Shown: in pieces, positions 48,970-61,528 of the stretch
How positions within the stretch are numbered: position 1 is the stretch's first letter
How the letters are laid out: every line of letters begins with the position of its first letter
Translations under genes and position numbers: made by a program
Notes under the pieces: generated by a model
Seen by the model: the letters and a program-made list of their open reading frames with translations, nothing else
Databases searched by the model: none
Told to the model about the DNA's origin: nothing
DNA from: Asterionella formosa
Taxonomy: Eukaryota
Assembly: GCA_002256025.1 (NCBI GenBank)
Contig: NKIB01008387.1
Coordinates: forward strand, 1 to 64,000
Direction of reading: 5' to 3'
Length of the DNA stretch: 64,000 bases

Positions 48970-50625
48970 CTACATTCCAGAAGCTAGATTCGTATAACAA
49001 AAGGATAACAAACTCCCACAGAGCAGGCCAAGTGAAAGCGCAAAAGTCAACATTTCAGAGGAGCGTTCCTGCATTTCCGCATTGTTTGGAATCAATTTTG
49101 ATGTGTGCATGAACGCTGCTGATACCAATGCTCCATTGGAAACAGCCAAGGCGAATTGAACAATGAGTGAATATAGATCAGATGATATCGCATGAAACGC
49201 AGACTTGCTGGCTGCGCAGAGAAGAAAAAACCCGAAAAAAGTGCTTCTTGACACAGCGAAGAGGACTAGCTTTGTCGAAACCTCATTGCCGTTCGTCAGT
49301 GGCGCACGTTCGACCAGTAGCCTCCCCGTCAAATCCCCGACATTGAAAATCACAAACGTGCCTGGAATATATAAATCATTAAATACTCGTGATAGTGCAT
49401 GCTGTGATTTGCATTGACGAATGCTCTTTAGCGTTGACGTCCACGCGGGAAAGATGGCCAAAGTAACCACAAAGGCGAAAAATATACTAGTCGCCGGACC
49501 TTTGACCAGTTTCCACACTGGAGCAGTGAGAGTTGCGGAATTGAGATCATCGGTACTATCGGCAGTGGATGACGTCTTAACATGAGCAGTTCGGCTAGAA
49601 GGAAAATCAGGGATGAAACGAGGAGAATCAATCTCCATGTCCCCCTGAATATCTTGGACGGGTTCATAGTCGTTACAACATATGAGTTGTTGATATTTGT
49701 CGATTTCATTGTATCCGATGATACACGCACCAAGAACAAGGCTCCCGAGCAAAAAGTACGCAAACGACGCCCAATCTACTTTTGTATATGGTAAACATGC
49801 GGTGTCACCATCACTCACTGCTTCATCCGTTTCCATCATATTTCTCTCGCGTCCGCATTGCTGATCCCAGTATACACTTGGATCTTCGAAAATGGCGGCA
49901 AGAAACTTGGCTCCCGAGACAGCGACCCCTCCAACGGCTTGCCCCGTCATAAAGTGAGCGATTGCAACCTTTGGTGGAAAGCGACTCGCTGTCGCCACAA
50001 CACCTGCACTAGCCACCGCCACCATAACTCCGCAAATGGCCAAGCTACCGAGTAAGAAAACGTAAAAGGCAGGCGCTGGTATGCTTGGGAAGAAGACTAA
50101 TATTGCCAGGATCACAAAGACCAAAAAGTAAATGAACAAAGGAAGACAAACCATATACCAAGTGTGGCTACTCGACAGTGATTTCCCACTATCGGGCACG
50201 ATGAGAGGGTCATCAATTGGTCGTTGATCGTGACAGTCACTTAGCAGATCGGTTGGCTCGCCCGAAATAGTTGGCACAGCTTGCTGCCCAGGAAAGAATC
50301 GATCATGCACGGATTTGTAGAAAATCATGAGAAAGAGCGAAAGAACAGAACTTCCCGTGAAGACAAGACTGATCAAAACTTCGATGTTTCCCGTCATTTC
50401 TGCATCGGAGCATATTCTGGCTTCAAAGTATGGCTTGGCGCTTATAAAAGCGTTCCACGGAAGCAAGAGGCCTAGGCCCAATAGAGAAAAAACAGAGCTG
50501 ACGAAGCCTTCCGAAGGCACTTGCATTGCCGGACTTTGACTGCTGCTGCGATTTGAGCTGCCGTCGCTAGAGTCAGAATCTGCTGGGTCCATGGGGAATG
50601 GGAATTGGTGTTTATTGGGATGCAT
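48970..50625 (-). CDS. Equilibrative nucleoside transporter (SLC29/ENT family), up to 551 aa
   Basis: LLGLGLLLPWNAFISAKPYF, MTGQAVGGV, VTLAIFP, IFNVGDLTGR, SNG, LSLGLLCGS; about 11 hydrophobic segments. Confidence 0.93.
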   Translation of the reverse strand: MHPNKHQFPFPMDPADSDSSDGSSNRSSSQSPAMQVPSEGFVSSVFSLLGLGLLLPWNAFISAKPYFEARICSDAEMTGNIEVLISLVFTGSSVLSLFLMIFYKSVHDRFFPGQQAVPTISGEPTDLLSDCHDQRPIDDPLIVPDSGKSLSSSHTWYMVCLPLFIYFLVFVILAILVFFPSIPAPAFYVFLLGSLAICGVMVAVASAGVVATASRFPPKVAIAHFMTGQAVGGVAVSGAKFLAAIFEDPSVYWDQQCGRERNMMETDEAVSDGDTACLPYTKVDWASFAYFLLGSLVLGACIIGYNEIDKYQQLICCNDYEPVQDIQGDMEIDSPRFIPDFPSSRTAHVKTSSTADSTDDLNSATLTAPVWKLVKGPATSIFFAFVVTLAIFPAWTSTLKSIRQCKSQHALSRVFNDLYIPGTFVIFNVGDLTGRLLVERAPLTNGNEVSTKLVLFAVSRSTFFGFFLLCAASKSAFHAISSDLYSLIVQFALAVSNGALVSAAFMHTSKLIPNNAEMQERSSEMLTFALSLGLLCGSLLSFCYTNLASGM

Positions 50626-51245
50626 GTAATATCAAGTCTACTATTTTGTACACAGGTACCTGGTAGTCTACCTGTCTCCCAAATTTATACGGTATACATA
50701 TTACTGGCACAGTACCGGGAACGTCGTAGGCGGAAAAATTAAGCAATCCAGTTACCAACCGGGTGATAGTAAAACCCGTATGTGGGAGCGGTTGAAGCTA
50801 GTGCTAGTGGTGAACTACCGGGTACCAGGGTACCCGATAGCTACCTGGTTAGTACCCTGGTACCAGTACTAAAGGGAAATCGATCAGGGTAGTACACCTA
50901 CCTATTACAAAGAGACCATCACAACAATTATGATACAGTCCTTGAAAGTACCAGACAAAACAGGACAATTTGTAAATCAATCCCTATTTTATGACTGATG
51001 TTTATCTAAGTGCAATCAATATAATATTCCCTTCACATGTGTGGTCAGACCAGCTGAATGCAAATTCTGTGGTCAGTTGAAAGGTCTGTAGGCTGTCTGT
51101 AATAATGGATCTAGAACTTCTTGGGAAGCTGTTCTTCCTTCATTACTCCTCTTCATTCATGGTGATAATAGATAAAGTCTTTTCAATTGGTCTATCTTGA
51201 AGAAGCTTGGATGATAAGTATGAATTCAGGATGCAGTGTGAACCA

Positions 51246-51889
51246 CGTCTGCAAATAAAAAGTATCATGCATATAGGATCAAGGGTATCGTATGCTAAGT
51301 GGCACAGGATTTTTGTATATATGATAATTTTTGGATCAAAACTATGATCAAGGTATCCTATAACTATGATGATTTATTAATATTTTACCGACCTTGAAGT
51401 ACAATGATAATAGAACATTATCATCACACAATGTATATCAACTGAGCAACAACATTTCCCATCAATATCATAAACCTTCTCATATTATTTTCACTTCTCG
51501 TGATTGCCAAATGTAAATTATTACTACAACGCATCCTAAAATCAGCTAAACTCTATGCTATCATTTGAATTGTTTCATCGTATATCTATCTTAAACATGA
51601 TCATAATTCTAATCACAAGAATTGTTCAAAATAGATTGAAATGGATCGTAATTTAACTATCAAATTTAGCAATGCTATCTATGATTCTACAGGCCAGCCA
51701 CCCAATGTTTCTCTCTCTACTTGGCTCAATGTATATTGTTCTTGTCTCACCCTTATCTTCCTCTATTCTGAATCTTGTGCCAAGCAGTGCCTTACTAATG
51801 TTGCGTCTCTTTCCCTGCTGTTAGTGTCATTCTGAACTCGCCGACTATTCCTTTGTTTGATTGGTTTTATTGTCATATGCAGTTACAGT
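51246..51889 (+). repeat. Left arm of a ~640-bp inverted repeat (partner 57462-58107)
   Basis: CGTCTGCAAATAAAAAGTATCATGCATATAGGATCAAGGGTATCG... is colinear with the reverse complement of 57462-58107 over its whole length, with many substitutions. Confidence 0.92.
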
Positions 51890-52278
51890 AACAATGAAAA
51901 GGAATGACTTGTTAGCTAGTCATGTTACACTGACACAACATCACGCCATTCCATCGTATCCTCTTGCTTGCTTCACTTACCACAAATCAAAGCAAATGAT
52001 GCATAAGTCTGTAGTAGTAAATTGTCAGTAAATTCTTGAATAAGTAGTAAGTTTAGTAAGTTTCAGGTATCCAATGTTGTCGAATAAAACTTACCGATTC
52101 ATTTTAGTTAGCTTAACTTTGAGAGAAGGTAAACGTGTCCGTCAGTTATGTTCCAACAGAAGTGAATAAGTCCAACGACAAGAGCACTTACCAATTTTGT
52201 TCTGTTTTACATTGGTGCTCCCCAACAAGCGAAACGAGCTATTGAATCAACTGAGGAAAAAGGAAAAATGCGTTTACT

Positions 52279-54879
52279 TTACAATTTGTTGTTGTCCTCC
52301 CAACGATTGTCATCCAAGTACCACATTGATGGCTTCATTACCTTAAACATACTCCATCCTTCGAAGGCGCAATGTGTCGAAGCCACAATGTTTTTCGTTC
52401 TTGCGTAAACTTTCCTTGTCATACTATGCTTTACTACGATTATTCTTTTCATGAAGCAGGCATTGTTTGTTAACATGACAGAACGATTTCAAATATATTC
52501 GCCATATATATAGTTATAAAATTTGTAAATATATAAATATATGAAATGTCGTACATTTATAAAATTCAAAGGCACTCTCAATATGGCACGTCTGGTAGCT
52601 AGTATTATTGAGAGGATCATATTCGCATATAGATAATTCGAAAATATTCAATGCACGATATGTCCATTGTTTTCCACGACTTCGTGTACCGGTAGTGTTT
52701 CTGAAATTTGTTTGCATCAATATTTTCTACGTCCGTTGGAACAAATTATTTAGACCATTCAACAGAAATTGATTCCGAAGGAATGATTCCGGATACAAGG
52801 ATGTTGCCTAGTACCTCGCCTGATAATTTGGGAGTATCGCCTACAAAGATCCATTTACTTTCCTTTCCTGTTAAAGTTCAATTCTCTGCTTCATCATTAA
52901 ATGGTCTATGGACTATAGCAGGTATCCCTAATAAGATTGGGCATGTATTACGGAGTAAGGATGCACCCTTGTCTCAATTGGTTCATCCTGATTTACCGAA
53001 GGGGGCCAACTACGTAAAGAGCATTGCGAATTCAGAAATAGAAATAGCAAGAATAAAAAGTCTTGAAGGTGGGCTTGGGCCTGTTTCCATTGTAAGGCAT
53101 ACTAGTTAAGTTATTAGGAGGTTTTCACAAACTACATTGTCCTAACAAATGATGACATTGGATGATCCCAATGGTTCTTTTTCACTCCCAAAGAACCTAA
53201 GATGGTCCTTCTCGTTTCGTCCGAAATTTTTCTTCTCCACTTTTCAACTGCAATTCGATATGAGTCTGTAAACTTTTTCAATTTGATTCCAGAAGGGCTA
53301 TCATCAGTTACAAAATATTTTTTCAACTTTTTGTCAATTTTTATGCATCCAGAAATGTGGCCAAGAGGTGCATGATTATACCATTTGAAGGGAGCAACGT
53401 TTTCATTCATTTTTTTGTTGGATCATGGATTTCACGTAGACGACATCATCCTTCTTGAAAGAAGAATTGCAAGGATGTCGTCCAAATACTTCGTTCAACA
53501 TTTTTAAATCTAAATAGGAGCTCAAAATTTTGTCGATACAAAATAGAAGAAAAGTTTTTTCCAAATGAAACATATCCTCACGAGAATTTGTCGTTGTCAC
53601 TTGAGGCCAAACTGTTCCAAGATGAAAGTATGTTGACTTGGTTGGCGGGTCAGATGTTACAGATAACAAATTGTCTGTTCGATCTGTTGCTACCACCTGA
53701 CGTTTTAAAACGTTCCAGGACTCCGTCTCCAAACGGAATTGTGCCCGGTTGCCAAGAAATTTCGTTTTGCCATTCCTTTCCAATCGCAATAGAGTTTCCA
53801 AAACTTTTCACTATTGTAAATGGTCAACATGACTATATACACTTTCACGATTGTAAATGGTCCACATGACCATCAACTATCATCTTCTGGTTGAAATAAC
53901 ATGGAATCATGTTCAGTGGCCATAATTATCTGCAATGGTGCTTTGGTGCCAGTATAGAAAGATTCAGAGAACCCAATTGCTTCAGGTATATGGGAATCTT
54001 GTGGAAGATATCCTGTATCGGTGCATAACAATTCCAATTGTTTCGTGAATCCAGGGATGATGCAGTACTTACGGGCAAGGTGAAATACTTGATCATAATG
54101 TTCATCCAAACTTGCATCTTTTCCTGGATCACGGCCTTGACATAATCCATCATTTATAGCAAAAAGATAATGCACAAAATGGTTGTTTTCCACCTCATCT
54201 GATCTTTTGCGATAAATAAATAGCACATAGTTACTGTCATAATGAAGTGGATGACAATCACCTTGGTATATATACGGTTTGTTATTACCCTTTTCTGTGT
54301 TCTCATCCAGATCAAAGATAACCTTTACATCAGTTGGATAAAGTTCATGAATTATATAATGGATCATAGAGGTAATTATTTCAAGGTCCCAATATGCAAG
54401 ATCTTTAAAATCTGAAAATGATTTTTTGATACCTTTGACTCCATAAAATACAGAGGCGTAATTGCATATTTCTTGTGGGGTACGTGTGTACAGTTCTTTC
54501 CATAATTTTAGTTGTCCATGCTTTTTCGGAAAACTCAAGGTTTTGCGATTTCAGGAGATTGAGCAAAATACGACACTGGATGGAACTGTGACTCTGTAGG
54601 AATAGAGTCTTCATCCGCGAAGAACAACTGTTTGGGTTTCCCCTTCGAAAGCAATCTTTCCTTCTTTTCAATCTCTGCCACTATTGAATCGGTATATTTC
54701 ATTATTTGTTCTGGGGTATTATGAATCTGTACAAATTCATCTGATCTTTGAGTGTTTTCAAAGGAATCTTCGATTGATTTCATAAGTTTCTTCATCTTCT
54801 TTCCCGAAAACATAAAGTCGTGTAGTGTAAACGACGGAAGTAAGTCACGTTTCTTGTTTGACTGATCCTTTCCATGCAA
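52279..54879 (-). pseudogene. Decayed gene containing a Ulp1/SENP-like (peptidase C48, clan CE) cysteine protease domain plus unknown flanking regions
   Basis: In order: YWDLEIITSMI (cf. WLxDxxI), NNHFVHYLF (His), GRDP (Asp), Q-PEDDS*W-SCGPF (oxyanion Gln and catalytic Cys), then LETLL...AQFRLE. Broken by frameshifts and a ~37-bp duplication near 53800-53870. Confidence 0.6.
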
Positions 54880-55674
54880 TCCATGAAATGAAAGTTGTCA
54901 AAGGGCCAGAAGACTATGATGTAAAACAGTGGACGGGAAACGCGGAGCTTTTTGCGGCGCTTGTGGAGGTGCAACTGGTGTGATGGTAACCGAGTGTAGT
55001 AATTGTTGAACAGAGCACAGTGTAATATGCATGTTCCGCCAGCGAAGTGTTTACACAATACATATGCCGATATATATAGCTATAACAAGTAAAAACGACA
55101 TGAGGATGAACGTGATGGCTGGTTGTGGAGGATACCGGTATGTGATATGCATCAATCCATATCACAAATCATATTATGGTGATGTACATATCAACGCATC
55201 CGTATACTTAGATCCTATTCACAATACAATACTATCATATTAACTATTTGCTTTTACTGTGAACAATTGAAGTCGAATATATATATTAAGTAAAATACTT
55301 TATGATTTATTTATTTATTTATTTTCTATGATGTATTGATAATACTTGCATACATATTTTATCGTATTTTATTTTCATTGTATTTTTTTAACATAATCAT
55401 ATTTTGATTAAAAATATATCATAAAAATTTTTAAAAATCATCATAGTTCTATGATCAATGTATCATAGTTATGTGATATACTTTATTCAATATTACGTAT
55501 CATACTTTGGTGATGTATGCATCCAAGTAACCCTATCGTGATATCACATTATCATCTTATCAATCATTCAATGTTGATTGGCAACTGTATTCTGCATCAT
55601 ACTGCGGAGTATGATATTATAACACGCACTTTAGTAGCTAAAAGTCACTGCTTTCTAATGTACACAAGTCGACA

Positions 55675-56172
55675 GCAGGTTTGAGGCAACGGAAAGTGGT
55701 TCCAACAAGCGAATGACGATACCACGGGTACCAATTTTTCCAGCGGCAAACAACAATGATGAAGGACACTTGTCCATCTGTTGATGATGACATGCATGGA
55801 CACCCACTTTTCCAGGAGCAGACAAGAATGAAGAGAGCCACTTGTCGATCTATTGATGGTATCAAAGATGCGGACAACTTCAACAGTGAATACAAGAATA
55901 AGATACCAATGAAAACAAGTCGACAGTGTGTGTACGCACACACTAAGCAGGCTTGAGGCAACGGACAGTTCCAACAAGCAAATGACGATACGGATATCAA
56001 ATTTTTCCTATGGCAAACCTTAATGATAATGATGAAGGACATTTGTCCCTCTATTGTTGATGATACGGATACTGGGCGGGTTTTCCATGAGCAAACAACA
56101 ATGAAGAAAGCCACTTGCTGTCACTCTCTTGATGGTATCAAAGATGCGGACAATTTCAATAGTAAATACAAG
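55675..56172. repeat. Diverged direct repeat, ~220-bp units at 55675 and 55948
   Basis: Shared GCAGG.TTGAGGCAACGGA, AATGATGAAGGACA.TTGTCC and TTGATGGTATCAAAGATGCGGACAA.TTCAA. Confidence 0.9.
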
Positions 56173-57037
56173 TGCAGCATGCGAAATGCGGAAACGAGCG
56201 ATATGAAAAAGAAATTGCAATCAGAATCATTCTATAACTATAACTATGTGGATAGCAGTCTGTTATATTTTCGTATCTCCTTCTATGCTGAATCTCAAAA
56301 GTAGATGTAGTATCATGTGAGAATTGAAAATGTCAACAAGAACAAGTAGAATGTGTTTGTTTACAAGTTGATTTGCGAGATTGTCATGCTGGTGGTCGAC
56401 GAAACGGATTTACTATTTGCGCTGTGTGCGGAACCATTCCGAGTTCGAATGATTTATTCTCTGTAAACTCTTAATTGAATGATTATGAACATAGTAGGTT
56501 CACTGCACATGACGATTACTCAAAGATATAATGATCACTTGACCAACAATTGAAGACGTTATCGCAAACAATCATTCCACTTGTCATCGCTAGTGTTTCG
56601 TTGTTGTTGCAAAAATCGGAGTGATGACAGATGGAAATGACGAGCCAAATGACATTACTTCAGCTGGTACATTTTTCTACCAAGAAATTCAAATACAGCA
56701 ATCTAATAGAAACAATACATGTAATAATTAAATATACATAGTGAAAAGGGTTACTATTAAAATTACAAGGGCATTTATCAAAATTATTAGATGATATAAC
56801 GAAAGGTTATGATCAGATGATCACAAACCTATGATGCATCATTGGAGTATGATAGTTTTTATTTGCAGACGCATTATTAAGCTGCCTTTGTCCATCAAGC
56901 ATTAATTGGACAGTGTTTCACTTCCTCCCTCTAACACAGCAACTGGATTTAAAAAACTTAACAACCTTCTCCTTTTCCAAATCGGTATCCCTTGTGTAGG
57001 GCAACAACTTCATCTTCAAATTTGTAAGCCATGGCAT

Positions 57038-58107
57038 TGTCTGCAATAATAAGACATATATCACATTTATAAGATCATGGGTATCATACGGTAATTGGCA
57101 CAGAATTTTTTGTCGCATGATAATAGCATCACTATATGTATGATAGGTACATGTCATGCACATGAATATTTGATTGTGCTTATGAAGTCTATGCTGTTTA
57201 TAATCTTTTATAGAGAGGTTCTATAATGAATCCTCATCAATCATATAAAACCTTAAAATAATAGTCATAATAATGGGCACGCTTCGAAATACCAAATTAA
57301 TTTGTGCCAAAATTATTCTATCACAAATATTCTTTGCTGATAAAATATATAATTTTGTCATTGCGCTCTGATAGTCGAATTATTTTAGATAACTTATCTG
57401 AGAGTAAATATAAATTTAACTATTCTTTATAACAGTAAAATTTTCACAGCGATGCATTACGACTGTAACAGCATAGGAAAATGATAAAACCAATCAAACA
57501 ACGGAACAGTGGGGGAGTTCAGAGTGACACTAACAGCAGGGAAAGAGACGCGACATTATTCACTGCCTGACACAAGATTCAGAATAGAGGAAGAAAAGGG
57601 TTAGACAGGAACAATATACATTGAGACAGGTGGAGAGAGAAACATTGGGTAGTAGCTGTAGAATCATAGGTATCATTGCTAACATTTGATAATTATATTA
57701 CGATTCATTTCAATCTATTTTGAATAATGCTTGTGATTAGAATTATGATCATGTTAAGTTTAGATATACTACGATGAAACAATTCACATGATAGAATGGA
57801 ATTTATCAAATTTTAGGATGCGTTGTAGTAGCAATTTATATTTGGCGATAGCGAGACGTGAAAATAGAATAAGAAGGTTTATGATTTTGACAAGAAATGT
57901 TGTTGATCAGTTGAAGTACATTGTATGATGATAATGTTCTTATTTTCATCATACTTCAGGTTCGGTAAAGTATTAATCAATCATCATAGTTATAGGATAC
58001 ATGGATCGTAGTTTTATTCCAAAAACTCTCATACATGTAAAAATCCTGTGCCACCTAGCGTACGATACCCTTGATCCTATATGCATGATACTTTTTATTT
58101 GCAGACG
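57038..58107. mobile_element. ~1.07-kb non-coding derivative of the same family with ~70-bp imperfect TIRs; includes the right 640-bp arm
   Basis: 57038-57110 (TGTCTGCAATAATAAG...TATAAGATCATGGGTATCATACGGTAATTGGCACAGAATTTTT) is inverted relative to 58038-58107. Confidence 0.7.
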
Positions 58108-59049
58108 CAATGACGGAAATAAATTCTCACAGAAAACCTAAATGCTCTTGTCAGCCCATCAACTGTGATGTAGGACGACAAAAATATAATGAAAAATGCA
58201 AATATTTTTTAATAGACTACCGGCACTATTTTTACAAAAGAATGGTATGATTCCTATCTGGTAATTAGTTAGTTTTTACAGCAATTGTAGACTCAATTTA
58301 AATGTACCCTGAGTACAGTATGGTGACTTGGTGGTGGAAACAACAATATGACGATGATGATCACATGCTTATCCAACTATTCTAATCAGATAGATAGTGA
58401 ATTATAAATCAATTCTTGTTTTGGGCCTGATCTCTTGTAGACAATGGAGCATTGTAGAACGGCGCATATGTACAAATAAGACGAATTTCAACGCGACAAC
58501 GAGGCATCGAGATATTGTTCTTTGTCATCGAGCCCAATTATGGGTTTCCAATTTTACTGTTTCTGCTATATCTAAAAAAATTTAGTGGCTACAATTGATA
58601 TCATTTACAATACGCTGGTGACTATTCGATTCTATCTATTTGCCTAGTCTACAATAACAAATGATGGAAAGATGACATGATCACAGTTGTCAAATTGTCA
58701 GCGATTTCATGTAGTGGTGGTTGCTGACATAATGATGTTGAACAATGACTTTTAATGGTATACCTTTCTGTTTCAAGGGTCAGTGTCCACGGTATATACC
58801 GGTATGATATCAATGCACAAATACATGTACGCAATATATAAAATAAAATAAAATAATTGGGTTTGTGCTTGCTACATTCTAAGTAGTCAACACAGAATCC
58901 TACATTGTGCTGCAGGTAACTTTGGAAAAAAGTTATTCCATGGTAATGCGCTTAGGTAAAACTAATTGGGATGCATATAAGCATGGAATTCCTACCAGTA
59001 ATGCAAACAATGCATTTGCGTTGGGATTTTCGCTCCCATTTGTGCTTAA

Positions 59050-59585
59050 GGTTGCGGCCCTCCGCTTAACCCTAGTTTGGAGAAAATATCGCTACGGTTG
59101 TAAAAACGGCGTGGAACAGGGAGTTTCCTACTATGAATTGGCGACTGTTGAAAAAGCCGATCGGGTCGACTTTTAGGAGGAGGATTGCTCTACATCTTCG
59201 GGGTTTCATCAAGATTAAAGTAGAATGCCGTGTACCCTATAACGTCAGGAGTTAACTTCTGGAGAGAAACTGCAGTTATTTATCTTAGATTTTAGAATAG
59301 CTTTGTAGCCCCTTTTTTGACTATTTTTGCAATTGTTACGAATCTACAATACATAACTGCAGTTTCTTTCCAGATATGAGGTCCTTGACATATCCGAAGA
59401 TAGATCATACCCCTTATGTCGACCGATGACTGTATCTAAACATGTGCAAAGTGGTCGTATTGGTGAAAGCTAATTTTACCTTTAACTATTTTATGTACTT
59501 GCACGTAATGTTTGGATTGAGGTATATCATATAATTATTTTGGGAAAAAACGGACCTCGCAATGTCTAACTGCGGGGCTGCAACC
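59050..59585. mobile_element. Complete 536-bp non-autonomous Kolobok-like element
   Basis: TTAA|GGTTGCGGCCC ... GGGCTGCAACC|TTAA: TTAA TSD at 59046-59049 and 59586-59589, RR...YY termini, 11-bp TIR with one mismatch. Confidence 0.88.
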
Positions 59586-59635
59586 TTAAAAGCAGCAAGG
59601 TTCATGAGCACAAGCCAAGCCTCCACAGAGTTGTG

Positions 59636-59706
59636 CCAGCCCTTGCACGACGCGTTCTCAAACCATATATTGCCAGCCCTTGCACGAAGCACTCTCAAAC
59701 CATATA
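59636..59706. repeat. 36-bp tandem duplication
   Basis: GCCAGCCCTTGCACGA....TCTCAAACCATATA occurs twice. Confidence 0.9.
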
Positions 59707-60034
59707 CTATATAGCGTTCTGTATACCGGTAATTAGGTAATAATATTTAACCCCCCCCAATATTATTGCTGTTAACGGTTTAAGCACGTTTTCCGCATGT
59801 CCCTGGCACTGGAGTATCGAATTATCGAAGGCAAGTTACCGGTACTGTTGTTCTACTGTTATATGTGTGGAGGAATACCCGGTAAAATGGTTCGAAGAAA
59901 AATTGGTCCTCATGCATCTGCATTTCGCCCGAGATGGCCATGAGTGAAAATCGAAAAAGCCCAAAACGTTTTTTTGAAACTTACCGGTATACGGTATACT
60001 TCAATCTTTAGCAAAGCGCAAGGCAGATATCAGG

Positions 60035-60217
60035 AGGGCATTTAAGCCTGAGAAAATCGTAGGAGTCAAAATGGCCCCAGAGAAATTTTGAGAATTGCTG
60101 ACGCAATTGTTTTCGCCCAGATGGCAGACCTTAGAGCAAGCCGCACAATAGGGCAATTGAGCCTGAGAAAATCGATGGAGTCGAAATGTCCCCGGAGAAA
60201 GTTGAGTTGTCGGCGCA
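60035..60217. repeat. Two diverged ~70-bp direct repeats ~112 bp apart
   Basis: AGGGCA.TT.AGCCTGAGAAAATCG..GGAGTC.AAATG.CCC..GAGAAA near 60035 and 60150. Confidence 0.8.
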
Positions 60218-61528
60218 TGTGTGATTAGGTAGAGGGAGTACCAGGTACCATGCTATGCATGTCTGAGCACATTACGAAGTTGACGATGACTGAGGCTGGA
60301 CCAGGGGAGCAGCAATCTTAATTCTTACCGGTAATTGTCACTTGCTTTTTTCTCTCCTCCCACTAGCCCACGTTTTGACGTTTTCAAGTTTGGATAAATA
60401 AAAATTTACTTCGCCAAGTCGTGATGCAGCAGACGGTGGGGAGAATTTTTCCCCTAAAATGTAGCAGGATCTCCTACGTTCTCCCAATTTTTCCACGCTT
60501 CTTGTACCGCTGCTACTTTTGTGCAAAAACGTGCCTTTCTTGCCTCACGTTTTCCTTTTCAACAAAATGACCGCAACTTACACGCCGGTATATTGCTACA
60601 TAGAAATGCGAAAGATTTCTACTGGTCCGTCCACCTATGAGTTGGCTTCTAAATAAATCTTTGTCGTATTGATTTGTTGTGACAACAAACAAGGGAGAAA
60701 TCGCCTGTGACTTTTGATTGGCTTTCATCGGGTTGTCTCATCAAATTGGAATGGCCGGGAAATGTCATTTCGTCAGTCGGAACGACCAAGACGTTAACAA
60801 GCTAGGACTCGATTTACATATTAGAGCAGATCTTTCTACGGAGTCATCGGTTAATAGAAATGCTTCATAATGACCTCTACTTATTTCCCATGATGCCTCT
60901 GAATGGATATCTCCAATTGTTTAGCAAAGGGAGGTTCAATTATTTTTTTGGATCAGAACACAGTAAGGATGCCACCATTTTCAATGGGACATTCCAGATC
61001 AACTTGGACAGGTATATGTCCAATAGAATTTAATAATACGACTGCGACGAATGTCATACGACAATGATACTGCCCTCAACAGGGATTCTTTTTTTACCAT
61101 GGTCCCATACATCGTCCTGCTACATCCATGGTTTTCATTACTTACATACTGTTACCAGAACCGACGCCAGTATCGATAGTCGACTTCGTCTACCTGGATT
61201 TGAATATAAATGCTTGATACGTAATGGGGTCACGACCTTTTGGGATCGACTTCCCAAACCCACCTTCTTTGGTTTATTTTTGTACCGGTACTAATGATCA
61301 ATATACACAAGACTATCAATTCCTGTACAGGTATGTCGTATGACATATCAAGTGTATCAAACTACAGCAACCATCGTGGCTACATACTGGCGGGGGTTCA
61401 GAAAGAATTGCATGGAAGCCAACATACAAACAAGGTGGCAAAGAGATCTCATTAAAGGAACTAAACGTCGTTTATCAATATCGCGTTGACGGAACCGAAT
61501 CAATTCAACCTCCATCAAGTGGTTCAGG

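Larger units (their letters stand above)
51246..58107. mobile_element. Unclassified TIR DNA-transposon complex (four related termini) carrying a Ulp1-like protease pseudogene
   Basis: Terminal motif at 51246(+), 56872(-), 57038(+) and 58107(-); internal minus-strand decayed gene; no transposase recognised. Confidence 0.7.

Noticed and set aside
51246..58107. Polinton, virophage or transpoviron interpretation
   Set aside because: No pPolB, integrase, ATPase, capsid or helicase motifs, no AG-type termini and no 6-bp TSD were seen
10459..59494. One giant ~49-kb element bounded by the inverted repeats 10459-10815 and 59139-59494
   Set aside because: The right repeat lies inside a self-contained TTAA-flanked 536-bp element; these are independent copies
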